From Actinobacteria bacterium UBA3086 (GTDB lineage Bacteria; Actinomycetota; Coriobacteriia; Anaerosomatales; UBA3086), in assembly GCA_002367305.1 (NCBI GenBank), contig DFBG01000162.1, positions 1 to 36,852 on the forward strand: a stretch of 36,852 nt of DNA, in the 5' to 3' direction. Below the pieces are notes generated by a model, which worked only from the letters and a program-made list of their open reading frames with translations, did no database searches and was not told the DNA's origin. The position numbers and the translations under genes were made by a program. How positions within the stretch are numbered: the stretch's first letter is position 1; every line of letters begins with the position of its first letter. This document shows positions 7,313 to 16,257 of this stretch, piece by piece.

Positions 7313-9748
7313 CTATGCGGGTGCTTTGCCCGTGAATCTGATCGCGACGATGGTCACGTCGTCGTTGATGCGGCCTCCAGCGAACCGTTCCGCCGATGCG
7401 AGGAGGTTCTCCACGGTCGCGTCCACAGGAGCGTGGCCAGCTCGTTCGACGATGTCGCGCACACCCTCCTCGCCCAGGAATCCACTGTCGTTGCGGGCGT
7501 CCAGCAGTCCATCGCTGAACAAGAGGATGGTCTCATCCAGCTCAAGAACATGCGACGAAGTCTCATAGAGTTGACCGGGGATCACGCCGAGAGGTGGATG
7601 GCTTTCAATCTGTTCACTCAGGCAGCGCCTCTCACGAATGAACATCGGGAGAGGGTGACCGGCACAGGCGAGATCCACGCGACCGGTTGTTGTGTTGATC
7701 GTGCCGTACACGGCAGTGATGAACTTTGACTCCTCTATCTGCTCGCCAATGACGTCATTCGATTTGGCAAGCACGCTTGCCGGAGTGTCATCCAGGTGGG
7801 CGAAGGCCCGAATCGTGCTGCGAGCAGTTGCGGTCAGTGTGGCTGCGGGAAGTCCCTTTCCTGAAACGTCTCCGATGACGAAGCCGACGAGATCCTCAGA
7901 GATCACGAAGGCGTCATAGAAGTCGCCTCCGATCCGAGCGAGTCGCTCGGCGCTGCGGTACGCGTGTCCGAGCGTGACCCCGGGCAGTGTCGAGGGCATG
8001 TCGAGAAGCGCGTTCTGAAGAGTCTCCGCGATGTTCCGCTCATTTTCGTAGAGATCGGCGTTCTCGATGGCCAGTGTGAGAGAGGTCGCCACCTTGCGAC
8101 CGAAGTCGATCTCATCATCGGTGAAGTGGTGCCTGTGTGCGTGGAAGTTGAGATAGAGGGTGCCGAAATGCTGACCACGCAGAGACAGGGGAACGGCAAG
8201 GACCGATCGTATGTCGAGCTGAATCATAATCTCGCGCTTGACTCGCGCGTCGTTGTGGGCGTCATCGATCGCCACCGGTTCGCCCAGTTGGGCGGCAAGC
8301 GTCGCGTGAGGCACGGTGTCGTCGGTGAACCCGCGACCGATGATATCGGTGGGGAAGCGGTAGGCATATCGGGTGACCCATAGATCCTTTTCGCGCATGG
8401 TGATAACCGCGCTGTCCGCTCCGAGGCCCTGGGCAGTGCGCACGCATGCCTTTGACAGGGTGTCGCCGATGTCCAGAGTCGAGTTGACCGCCATATCGAC
8501 CTCGTTGATGGCGACATTCAACTCGGCAGCCCTCTGCATGTTTTGCTCAGCGGTCTTGCGAGCGCTCACATCCTCGATAACTGAGATGAAATAGAGCGGG
8601 TCTCCGTGTTCGTTCCTCTGAACGGTTCGATTCACGTTCACCCAGGTCTCTCCGCCGCCCTTCCGAATGTAACGCTTCTCCAGGCGATATTGGTCGACCT
8701 CGTCGGCAAGCAGCCGCTGGATCAGGTGTTCCTCAAGGGCAAGATCATCCGGGTGGGTGACGTCGCGATAGCTCAGATGCTCCATTTCGCCGGGCTCGTA
8801 ACCAGTGATCTCGAGCAGGCGACGGTTCATTCGAAGCCAACGACCTTCAATCGAGATGTGTGCGATGCCAACGGAGGCTTGCTCGAATGTCGTCCGAAAG
8901 CGTTCCTCGCTCTCCGCCAGAGCCGCCGCCGCTTCGGTCAAGTCCTGGAACATCACATTGAGCGGTCGGGAAAGGGACGAGACGATGACCGCTCGGTAGA
9001 AGGCGAAGTAGGCGAATAGACGGACAACGTGTCCGATGATGTTCATGATTCCGAACACATCGTCGAAGTAGAGGGAGAAGGCGACCTCTCCGATCACGGT
9101 GAGGAGGATGGCCGTCTGCAGCAGTGAGAACACCGTCGGATCGAGCCGCGAGCGCCCCATGCGCAGGCGCACCAGCGAGGCGAGGAGGAGAACGCTGATG
9201 ACCACTTCGCTGATCAGTTTGAATGTCGTGAGCCCTTTGCCCTCAACGAAGGTTGCAGGGAGGACTCCCGTGAACGCAAGGACGACCAGAACAGTTGTGA
9301 GAGCACCCAATCCAACGAACGCGGGCCAGGGCCTCAGCTCCCGTATGAGGAATGTGGGTGCGATGAGAAGCGCCAAGGCCTGCAGATAGCGACCGAGGAT
9401 CCAGAGGGTTGTGGGCAGGTCCGTGTCGTACCCCGGGAAAACGCCGAACCCGGAGGGCCCCATACCCTTGTAAGCGAGCGTGTGCAATGCATCGATGCTA
9501 CCGATGAACAGGAATGCGATACCTATGAAGAGAAGAAGACTGTTGTCGTTGAATCGTCGCGAGTTCCAGGCAACCATGAACGTTCCTGTGGCGAGGACGA
9601 CCGAGATGAACTCGGCGAGTGAGTGAAAGATTGTTCCCCCGTCGTCTCCACCGATGCCGAATCGAATCGCGACGAGGCCTGCGGCCACGATGATGCCGCC
9701 GATCGCATAGACCCAGTTGCTGGAACGCGCGCGCGTCTTCGTATTCAT
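7313..9748 (-). CDS. membrane sensor PAS-GAF-PP2C (SpoIIE/RsbU-type) serine phosphatase
   Basis: About 270 aa of multi-TM N-terminus, a PAS domain (ERFRTTFEQASVGIAHISIEGRW...), a GAF domain, and C-terminal PP2C motifs GGDFYDAF, GDVSGKG and SDGLLDA. Confidence 0.85.
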   Translation of the reverse strand: MNTKTRARSSNWVYAIGGIIVAAGLVAIRFGIGGDDGGTIFHSLAEFISVVLATGTFMVAWNSRRFNDNSLLLFIGIAFLFIGSIDALHTLAYKGMGPSGFGVFPGYDTDLPTTLWILGRYLQALALLIAPTFLIRELRPWPAFVGLGALTTVLVVLAFTGVLPATFVEGKGLTTFKLISEVVISVLLLASLVRLRMGRSRLDPTVFSLLQTAILLTVIGEVAFSLYFDDVFGIMNIIGHVVRLFAYFAFYRAVIVSSLSRPLNVMFQDLTEAAAALAESEERFRTTFEQASVGIAHISIEGRWLRMNRRLLEITGYEPGEMEHLSYRDVTHPDDLALEEHLIQRLLADEVDQYRLEKRYIRKGGGETWVNVNRTVQRNEHGDPLYFISVIEDVSARKTAEQNMQRAAELNVAINEVDMAVNSTLDIGDTLSKACVRTAQGLGADSAVITMREKDLWVTRYAYRFPTDIIGRGFTDDTVPHATLAAQLGEPVAIDDAHNDARVKREIMIQLDIRSVLAVPLSLRGQHFGTLYLNFHAHRHHFTDDEIDFGRKVATSLTLAIENADLYENERNIAETLQNALLDMPSTLPGVTLGHAYRSAERLARIGGDFYDAFVISEDLVGFVIGDVSGKGLPAATLTATARSTIRAFAHLDDTPASVLAKSNDVIGEQIEESKFITAVYGTINTTTGRVDLACAGHPLPMFIRERRCLSEQIESHPPLGVIPGQLYETSSHVLELDETILLFSDGLLDARNDSGFLGEEGVRDIVERAGHAPVDATVENLLASAERFAGGRINDDVTIVAIRFTGKAPA

Positions 9749-9875
9749 GGCTCCTCGGTGACGAGTACGTGTTCGTCCTCGTTTCGACCCTGCTCATCTT
9801 ATGGTCGCACGCTGGGAGGGGCGGGGCAACATCTGAGGATTCGATTGGTCTAGACTGTCTGCTGGAGGTGGCGAG

Positions 9876-10589
9876 GTGCTTCGGTTCAATCAGATCGTGA
9901 TCGGGGAGGGCGGACTCCCTTCCTGTGGCAAGTGCGCGCCTCATGCTGACGCGGTGTTCCGCTCGTCGGACAAGATCATTGAGAATATTCACGAGGCGGC
10001 TCAGAGTCTCCGCGGACCCGTGCTCAATGTCTCGTTCGTTGGAACTGAAGCGTTCCTTCATCCCGAAATGCCCTTGCTTGTCACTTCGGCCGTGGAAGCG
10101 GGCGCAAGCCGCGTGGGCGTCATGACCGGCGGCCAGGCGCTTTCACACGGCAACAATGCCGCAGGCATCCTTCATGCAGGTGTGAGACATGTCGACGTGG
10201 TGTGTCTGGGCGACGAGGCTACACACGATGAACTCACCCGTTCCCCTGGTTCATTCGCTGCCGCTCGTGCGGGGGTGAAGGCGGTTCATGCTGCGGCGGG
10301 AGAGGCCGGTATCCACATTGCGGTCATGGGGCATGTACCTGTGTGTCGGCACAACGTTCATGCGATCCCCGGTGCCGTGATGGAGCTCATCACCATGGGT
10401 GTGATCGCGGTGCATCTCCAGCCTGCGAATGACCTTGACGTGGCTCACAATATCGAGTGGTTCGGTGCTGCATTTCAGACAGGCATCATGCATGGAACGT
10501 GGGTGTGTGCTGAGCCTGCGGACATCAATCTCTTCGAGCGTTGGTCCCTGCACGTCGGCGATCCGTGTCACGTGGGGGTGGCACGATGA
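9876..10589 (+). CDS. hypothetical protein, radical-SAM-fold paralogue lacking the CxxxCxxC motif
   Basis: GTG start after GGAGGTG. FVGTEAFLHPEMPLLV and VGVMTGGQAL resemble the GGEPLLHP and TNG strands of MoaA/PqqE-type enzymes. The N-terminus has only SCGKCAPH (CxxC). Confidence 0.4.
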   Translation: MLRFNQIVIGEGGLPSCGKCAPHADAVFRSSDKIIENIHEAAQSLRGPVLNVSFVGTEAFLHPEMPLLVTSAVEAGASRVGVMTGGQALSHGNNAAGILHAGVRHVDVVCLGDEATHDELTRSPGSFAAARAGVKAVHAAAGEAGIHIAVMGHVPVCRHNVHAIPGAVMELITMGVIAVHLQPANDLDVAHNIEWFGAAFQTGIMHGTWVCAEPADINLFERWSLHVGDPCHVGVAR

Positions 10590-11845
10590 GTGAGCCCCTT
10601 CGCATTGCACTTGTCGCTCTCAATTCTCCGGGATATCAGTCGCTCGGCCTGGCGTATGTGCGCGCTCACGCGCAGGAGGACACTCGTCTGCGCGGGAGGG
10701 TCGCGTTCACCACACTCGATCTCTCCTCGGATGAGGATCCATGGTGGGTGGCGTATCGGGTGCTCACCATGGAGCCCGACGTGGTGGCGTTCTCGGTCAT
10801 GTGCTGGAATGCGCGAAGGATCTACGATGCCGCCGCACTCATCAAGGCCGCTCGTCCCGACACGCGGATCGTCCTCGGGGGTCCCGAGGTCTCCGAGAAT
10901 GCCCATGCGGTCCTTGCCGACAATCCGGCTGTCGAGGTCGTCGTGCGGGGAGAAGGAGAGCAGACGTTCACCGAACTCGTGGATGTCATGCGCAACGGGC
11001 GCAAGGTCAGTTACGTTGACGGTGTGACCGCGCGAGCCGGTGAACGTATCATCGCCGCTCCAGACAGGGCACTCGCCAATCTCGACGACCTGCCCTCTCC
11101 GTATCTGACGGGCGTGCTTCAACCTCTTCAGGGTTCGACCTACCTGGAGACGTTCCGCGGGTGCCCGCACAGTTGCGCGTACTGTTTCGAGGGCAAAGGG
11201 TTCCCTCAGATCCGAAGCTTCTCTCCCGAGCGCGTCAAGCGTGAAGTTCAGATGATCACCGATGCGGGTATCGATGAGTTCTCATTCATCGATCCGGTGT
11301 TCAACCTGAACAGGTCTCGGCTCGAGTTGGTGTCAGGCATCATGAAGCCCTTCGCGGACAAGGGAGTTCGTCTCCATACGATCGAGGTCGACATCGAACG
11401 CATTGACGCGGAAGAGGCCCAGCTCCTGTGGGATGCCGGTGTGCGAACAGTTGAGACCGGACCGCAGACTGTGGGTGCCAAGGCGCTCGAAATCTGTGAC
11501 CGCGGCTTCAATCGTGAACGGTTCATCACCGGGGTCGAGTCGCTCAAGAACGTGGGTATATCCGTTGAGTGCGATCTCATCGTTGGGCTTCCCGGCGACA
11601 CGACCGCCGATGTCCTCCAGAGCATCGCATTCGTGCTTTCTGTGGATCCAGGGAAGTTGCAGATGTCCACTCTGTGCGTGTTACCCGGTACCACGCTCTG
11701 GGATCGCGCCGATGAGCTCGGACTGGTGTACAATTCGCAACCACCCCACGAAGTCATTCAGACCGCTGATATCGACTTCGCTGACCTGCGGCGACTCGAG
11801 GCGTATGGCACCGCTCTCGCCGCCCGCTATCGGGCCCGTATCTGA
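10586..11845 (+). CDS. B12-binding-domain radical SAM enzyme
   Basis: The ATG overlaps the upstream stop (ATGA). N-terminal cobalamin-binding-like domain (VVAFSVMCWN...VLGGPEVS...VVRGEGE), then CPHSCAYC, which fits CxxxCxxC. Confidence 0.8.
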   Translation: MSEPLRIALVALNSPGYQSLGLAYVRAHAQEDTRLRGRVAFTTLDLSSDEDPWWVAYRVLTMEPDVVAFSVMCWNARRIYDAAALIKAARPDTRIVLGGPEVSENAHAVLADNPAVEVVVRGEGEQTFTELVDVMRNGRKVSYVDGVTARAGERIIAAPDRALANLDDLPSPYLTGVLQPLQGSTYLETFRGCPHSCAYCFEGKGFPQIRSFSPERVKREVQMITDAGIDEFSFIDPVFNLNRSRLELVSGIMKPFADKGVRLHTIEVDIERIDAEEAQLLWDAGVRTVETGPQTVGAKALEICDRGFNRERFITGVESLKNVGISVECDLIVGLPGDTTADVLQSIAFVLSVDPGKLQMSTLCVLPGTTLWDRADELGLVYNSQPPHEVIQTADIDFADLRRLEAYGTALAARYRARI

Positions 11846-11871
11846 GTGTGTTCCTGCCGAGAGGAGCTCTC

Positions 11872-13032
11872 GTGAGTCCTGTTTCACGCCGCGCCGACGC
11901 CATCCGCCCCTTCGTGGTCATGGATATCGTCGCGCTGGCCAAGCGACTGCAGGCCGAGGGTCGCGACATCGTGCGGCTGGAGATCGGTGATCCTGACATG
12001 CCCACACCTGAGGTCGTCAAAGAGGCGGCTGAGCGGGCCATGCACGCGGGTCACACCGGCTACACTGAGTCCGCAGGCATCCCTGATCTGCGTGAGGCCA
12101 TTTCCGCGCGTTATGTCAGGGACTATGACGTGCGCGTTGATCCCGACGACATCATCGTCACTCAGGGCACCTCACCGGCCATGCTGCTCCTCTTTGGCAC
12201 ACTGCTCGATCCCGGCGACGAGGTCATCATTTCCGATCCCTGCTATCCGGCCTACGCGAACTACATCAACTTCCTGGGTGGCGTTCCGGTTCCCGTGCGC
12301 GTGCGCGCCGAAGAGGGATTCACGTTCCGCTCAGCTGAGGTGCGGGCAGCGATCACGCCGCGCACACGGGCGATCATGATCAACAGTCCAGCCAACCCCA
12401 TGGGAACCGTGCTCGGAGAGAAGGACCTCGCCGAGCTCGCAGCAATCGCCGAGGAGCACTCTCTCTATATCGCCAGTGACGAGATCTATCATGGTCTCCA
12501 GTTCGAAGGCAAAGAACGAAGCATCCTCGAATTCACCGATCGAGCATTCGTGCTCAATGGGTTCTCCAAGGCGTATGCCATGACTGGATGGCGCTTGGGA
12601 TACATGATCGCGCCGCGGCAGTTCGTCCGTCCCGCCGAGAAGATACAGCAGAATTTCTTCCTCTGTGCGAACCACTTCGTGCAGGTGGCGGGCGCAGTCG
12701 CGCTTGCTCAGGTTGGTGGCGAGGTCGACCGTATGCGTGCGATATATGACGAGCGGCGGCGCTATCTCATAGGTGCACTCAGGGGCATTGGCCTCAGAAT
12801 CGCAACCGAACCGACAGGTGCGTTCTATGTGTTCGCAGATGCCAGTCATTGGGGCGAGGATTCGTTGGATCTCGCGTACCGTCTGCTTCATGAGGCGGGC
12901 GTGGCGACGGCGCCAGGCATCGATTTCGGTTCCGGGGGAGAGGGTTTCCTGCGGTTCAGCTATGCGACATCGATGGATCGCCTCAAGGAGGGCGTTTCGC
13001 GCCTTGACACGTGGGCAAAAGGCGCTCGGTAG
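11872..13032 (+). CDS. class I/II pyridoxal-phosphate-dependent aminotransferase
   Basis: PLP-lysine motif SKAYAMTGWRLGY, NSPANPMG, and N-terminal IRPFVVMDI...LEIGDPDMPTP. GTG 11872 follows GAGGAG; the ORF-track start is 11848. Confidence 0.85.
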   Translation: MSPVSRRADAIRPFVVMDIVALAKRLQAEGRDIVRLEIGDPDMPTPEVVKEAAERAMHAGHTGYTESAGIPDLREAISARYVRDYDVRVDPDDIIVTQGTSPAMLLLFGTLLDPGDEVIISDPCYPAYANYINFLGGVPVPVRVRAEEGFTFRSAEVRAAITPRTRAIMINSPANPMGTVLGEKDLAELAAIAEEHSLYIASDEIYHGLQFEGKERSILEFTDRAFVLNGFSKAYAMTGWRLGYMIAPRQFVRPAEKIQQNFFLCANHFVQVAGAVALAQVGGEVDRMRAIYDERRRYLIGALRGIGLRIATEPTGAFYVFADASHWGEDSLDLAYRLLHEAGVATAPGIDFGSGGEGFLRFSYATSMDRLKEGVSRLDTWAKGAR

Positions 13033-13168
13033 CGCAGTTCGTACGGGTATGGATGTTGTCCATCAGATGATACTTGTCGGATGCCCCATCTATGCCGATA
13101 GCAGATATGGACGTTGGGTTATCGCAACCCAGTGAGATTCCCACATCGGTATGGGATTTGCTCAATAA

Positions 13169-13942
13169 GTGCGACATGAACCGACGTGGTCGAATAGGCC
13201 ACAAGGGGGCATTCCAAGAGTGAACGATACATGGAGCAAAGCTGATCTTCATATGCACAGCAGCCATAGTGACGGGCTGGCTCGGATTCCTGAGATCATG
13301 GACTACGTTCAGGATCACACCGATCTAAAGGTCATTGCCATCACCGACCACAACACCATCGACGGTGCGCTCTTCGCGCAGTCTCTTGCAGAGATGTATG
13401 ACTTCGAGGTTGTCGTCGGCGAAGAGGTCTCGTCAAAGTCCGGTCACATAATCGGACTCTATCTCACGGAGAACATTCCTGCGGGCCTGTCGGCGGCAGA
13501 GACCATCTCTCGCATCAACGACCAGAACGGTGTCGCCATCATGCCTCACCCGTTCTCAAGCCAGGGCGTATTCGGACCCCTGGGAACATCGGGTTTTGGA
13601 GCCGCGGTTAACGATCTCGCGTTCCATGCACTTGAGGTCTACAACTCAATGCCGTTCCTGGTCTGGGCCAACAAGATCGCTGCCAAGATGTTCGCTGGCG
13701 GCACCGGACTCGCCGCGACCGGCGGTTCGGACGCCCATATGCTCAAGAGCATCGGCAAGGGATATACGATGTTCAGGGGAACGACCGCGGATGAGCTGCG
13801 TGCGAGCCTGGATCGTCTGGAGACTCGCGGAGAGGCCACAGGGCGTGGCGGTCTGGGAGTGATGCTGCGCTACGCGTTCCACTTCCCGCAGATTCGTCGC
13901 CGTCAGGCATGGAACTGGGATCGCTGCAAGGCGAGCGAGTAG
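13169..13942 (+). CDS. PHP-family metal-dependent phosphoesterase
   Basis: ADLHMHSSHSDG and ITDHNTIDG are the PHP His/Asp motifs, with GGSDAH near the C-terminus. The start is uncertain (GTG 13169 or GTG 13220). Confidence 0.75.
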   Translation: MRHEPTWSNRPQGGIPRVNDTWSKADLHMHSSHSDGLARIPEIMDYVQDHTDLKVIAITDHNTIDGALFAQSLAEMYDFEVVVGEEVSSKSGHIIGLYLTENIPAGLSAAETISRINDQNGVAIMPHPFSSQGVFGPLGTSGFGAAVNDLAFHALEVYNSMPFLVWANKIAAKMFAGGTGLAATGGSDAHMLKSIGKGYTMFRGTTADELRASLDRLETRGEATGRGGLGVMLRYAFHFPQIRRRQAWNWDRCKASE

Positions 13943-13946
13943 TCTC

Positions 13947-15179
13947 CTAGTCGTCCAGTTCCACTGCTGTTTCCCGAACAGCCGTTGCGAGTGCTTCCGC
14001 TACTTCCGCCCGATCTCCCCATGCGCCCATCTGTACGGTCCTGATCCGCGGGTCGACCCGAGACTGTCTGACCGCCATGGGGAAGTCCAGTAGGGTGGAG
14101 ATGCAGTCGACTGGATGACAGGCGGGACTGATCAGTACCTTCGAAGCTCCCAGTGCCGCGAGATGACGCACTGTCTCGGTGATGTTCGGATCACGCCAGT
14201 CGGCCCAGGCAGTACGGATCAGGTGGTTCTCCATGCCTTTCTCCAACAGGATCATCCGCACCCGATTGATGAATGACTGCTCTTGGGCATCGAATGCGCG
14301 ATGTGCTTGTTCACGTGCCTCCGGCTGCCCATGTGAGACGAGTGCCACCCCCGTCACGCTGGAGTCCTCTGTCGCGCCCAGGATCCTGTTCGCCACGAGT
14401 TGAGCCAGTTGTTCGGATGCCCACAGCGGAGGAGCGTAGACGATGCGTATCCCCGCCAGATGCGGTTTAAGGACATCCACCGCGCATTTGGCCTTGTCTA
14501 TGTGGAACGCCTCCGCCACTGAGATGCCGACAATGACGAATCGGCGGTATCCCTGATCCGCCGCCTGGGCGACCGCGGTATCAAGACCGCGGTGACCGAT
14601 GCACCATACGGCATCCACAACGGGATACTCATCCGCGTCGAGCAGCGATCGGACTCGCTTGATGATCGCGCGTACATCGTTGGTCGCCGGACTCGTTCCC
14701 TCGATCGCGCGGTATCGAGCTTTCTGCGCTGCGTATAGGAACGGTGTGATGCCGACGGAATGCTCGGGACCGCCCTCCATCGCGATTTCCTCAAGGTCGC
14801 CGGCAGTGGTGAAGGGATCGTAGGTCTCCGGTTCAGCGCAGGTGACGAACAGTGCAACCGTACCTGGGCGTTCCGGGGGGAGCGGGTTGGGGAGGGAAAC
14901 GTTCGGTACTCTTCTTCTGAGGCCGCTCAAGTATGCCGAGGCGAGACCGTAGCCTCCAGCGAACGCCGCTAGGCTCAGCAGGGCTGCGTATGCGGTGATG
15001 TCCGCCCGCTGAAAGGCTGTCGTGATTGAGACCGAACCCCATGCAGTGAGGGCGAGCGCGGAGATTGCCGCGATGCCGGATCCGATCTCAAACCGGCGAG
15101 GAGCGGCTAAGGCACTCACGGCCGCCGCACCCACCACCAGGGCGCCGACCGTCAGGGCTATCCACGCGCCTGTGAGCAT
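13947..15179 (-). CDS. ferrochelatase-like (class II chelatase fold) protein with N-terminal 3-TM anchor
   Basis: AAGGAGG RBS. Three hydrophobic helices, then two chelatase-like half-domains (YAAQKARYRAIEGTSP..., VALVSHGQPE..., WADWRDPNI...VLISPACHPVDCISTL), aligned by eye. Confidence 0.45.
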   Translation of the reverse strand: MLTGAWIALTVGALVVGAAAVSALAAPRRFEIGSGIAAISALALTAWGSVSITTAFQRADITAYAALLSLAAFAGGYGLASAYLSGLRRRVPNVSLPNPLPPERPGTVALFVTCAEPETYDPFTTAGDLEEIAMEGGPEHSVGITPFLYAAQKARYRAIEGTSPATNDVRAIIKRVRSLLDADEYPVVDAVWCIGHRGLDTAVAQAADQGYRRFVIVGISVAEAFHIDKAKCAVDVLKPHLAGIRIVYAPPLWASEQLAQLVANRILGATEDSSVTGVALVSHGQPEAREQAHRAFDAQEQSFINRVRMILLEKGMENHLIRTAWADWRDPNITETVRHLAALGASKVLISPACHPVDCISTLLDFPMAVRQSRVDPRIRTVQMGAWGDRAEVAEALATAVRETAVELDD

Positions 15180-15221
15180 AGAGTTCCTCCTTACACTTGA
15201 TGATACCTTTCCGGTCGTATG

Positions 15222-15249
15222 TTGACACCAATACCCCAGGGGGTATACT
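15222..15249 (+). promoter_or_regulatory. sigma-70-type promoter of the trxA operon (TTGACA-16 nt-TATACT)
   Basis: Consensus -35 at 15222-15227 and near-consensus -10 at 15244-15249, about 42 nt upstream of the trxA ATG. Confidence 0.6.
15231..15246. promoter_or_regulatory. CsoR-family operator 1 (ATACCCC-AG-GGGGTAT)
   Basis: Perfect 7-bp inverted arms fill the promoter spacer and overlap the -10 element. The same arms recur at 16610-16626, next to the CsoR-family gene. Confidence 0.6.
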
Positions 15250-15290
15250 TAGGGGTACAAGTCTCGTATAGCCTGAGATAGGAGATAGAA

Positions 15291-15617
15291 ATGAGTTCTG
15301 CTGTGAAGGACGTGAACGCCGCCCAGTTCGCCGCTGAGGTGCTGGATTCGGGTAAGCCGGTCGTCGTCGATTTCTGGGCGCCGTGGTGTGGACCGTGCAA
15401 GGTCGTGGGCCCTGAAGTTGACAAGTTGGCCGCTCGTTTCGGCGACGACGTCAAGTTCGTGAAGCTCAACATAGATGATAATCGCGATATCGCAATCAAG
15501 TATGGAGTCATGAGTATTCCTACCATCGCCAAGTTCGAGCGTGGAAGTGTCACGGCCCAGGTAGTCGGCGCACGTGGTGCCGATCAGCTGGTTCGTGAAC
15601 TCTCGCTGGAGGGATAG
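15291..15617 (+). CDS. trxA: thioredoxin
   Basis: 108 aa with the WCGPC active site and a GGAGAT RBS. Confidence 0.95.
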   Translation: MSSAVKDVNAAQFAAEVLDSGKPVVVDFWAPWCGPCKVVGPEVDKLAARFGDDVKFVKLNIDDNRDIAIKYGVMSIPTIAKFERGSVTAQVVGARGADQLVRELSLEG

Positions 15618-15620
15618 ACG

Positions 15621-15821
15621 TTGCCTACCTATGACCTGACGTGTAAGGATTGTGGTGAGCACTCAGAGAAGTTCATGATGCGGTTGATTCGCGAGGAGGA
15701 CAAAGTCTGTTCCTCATGCGGTTCCACCAACGTCAGTCAGGGGCTCGGAGGCGGGTATCTGAGTGGCGGCACGGTGACTTCTGAAATCGAGAGCGGGTGC
15801 GGCGGCGGAGGGTTCTCTTGA
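15621..15821 (+). CDS. FmdB-family zinc-ribbon protein
   Basis: MPTYDLTCKDCG...CSSCGS (CxxC...CxxC) with a Gly-rich tail. TTG start 3 nt after the trxA stop. Confidence 0.8.
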   Translation: MPTYDLTCKDCGEHSEKFMMRLIREEDKVCSSCGSTNVSQGLGGGYLSGGTVTSEIESGCGGGGFS

Positions 15822-15866
15822 GCCTGATGTAGCGCATCGGTTCGATGCTGACAAAGTGAGGAAAGA

Positions 15867-16247
15867 GTGGATTTCGCCTACAAAAAGGCGCATACCGGCG
15901 GTTTTGCCGCCACACTCGAAGCCGTGGAGCGTGCTGCGCGCGCCCGCGGCTTCGCTGTTGTAGAGCTGCATGATATCCGGCAGACGCTCGCAACCAAGGG
16001 CTTCGAAATCCGACCGCTCAGCATATTTGAGCTCACGCTTGTTTCCGGGGACGCGGTATCAGCGATGGATCTCCTGCTCCCGGTTCGGGTCAATGTCTAC
16101 GAGGAGGGGGAGCTCGTCTGGGTGGCGGCCCTCAGGCCCACTCTGTTCTGTCAGGTCTACCCTGAACACGAGTTGGACGAACTGGCGGCACGCCTCGAGG
16201 ACGATGTGGCAGCCGTGGTGGACGCCGCAACATCCGAAGAGGGGTAG
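15867..16247 (+). CDS. DUF302 domain protein
   Basis: 126 aa. The pattern FAATLEAVERAARARGFAVVELHDIRQTLATKGFEIRPLSIFEL is typical of DUF302. Confidence 0.7.
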   Translation: MDFAYKKAHTGGFAATLEAVERAARARGFAVVELHDIRQTLATKGFEIRPLSIFELTLVSGDAVSAMDLLLPVRVNVYEEGELVWVAALRPTLFCQVYPEHELDELAARLEDDVAAVVDAATSEEG

Positions 16248-16257
16248 TGCAGGACCG

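Noticed and set aside
13033-13168. Lower-GC 136-nt gap before the PHP gene, considered as a small RNA or riboswitch
   Set aside because: I found only short 5-bp stems (ATGGA/TCCAT, GGGTT/AACCC) and no recognisable conserved motif. It is probably just a promoter region.
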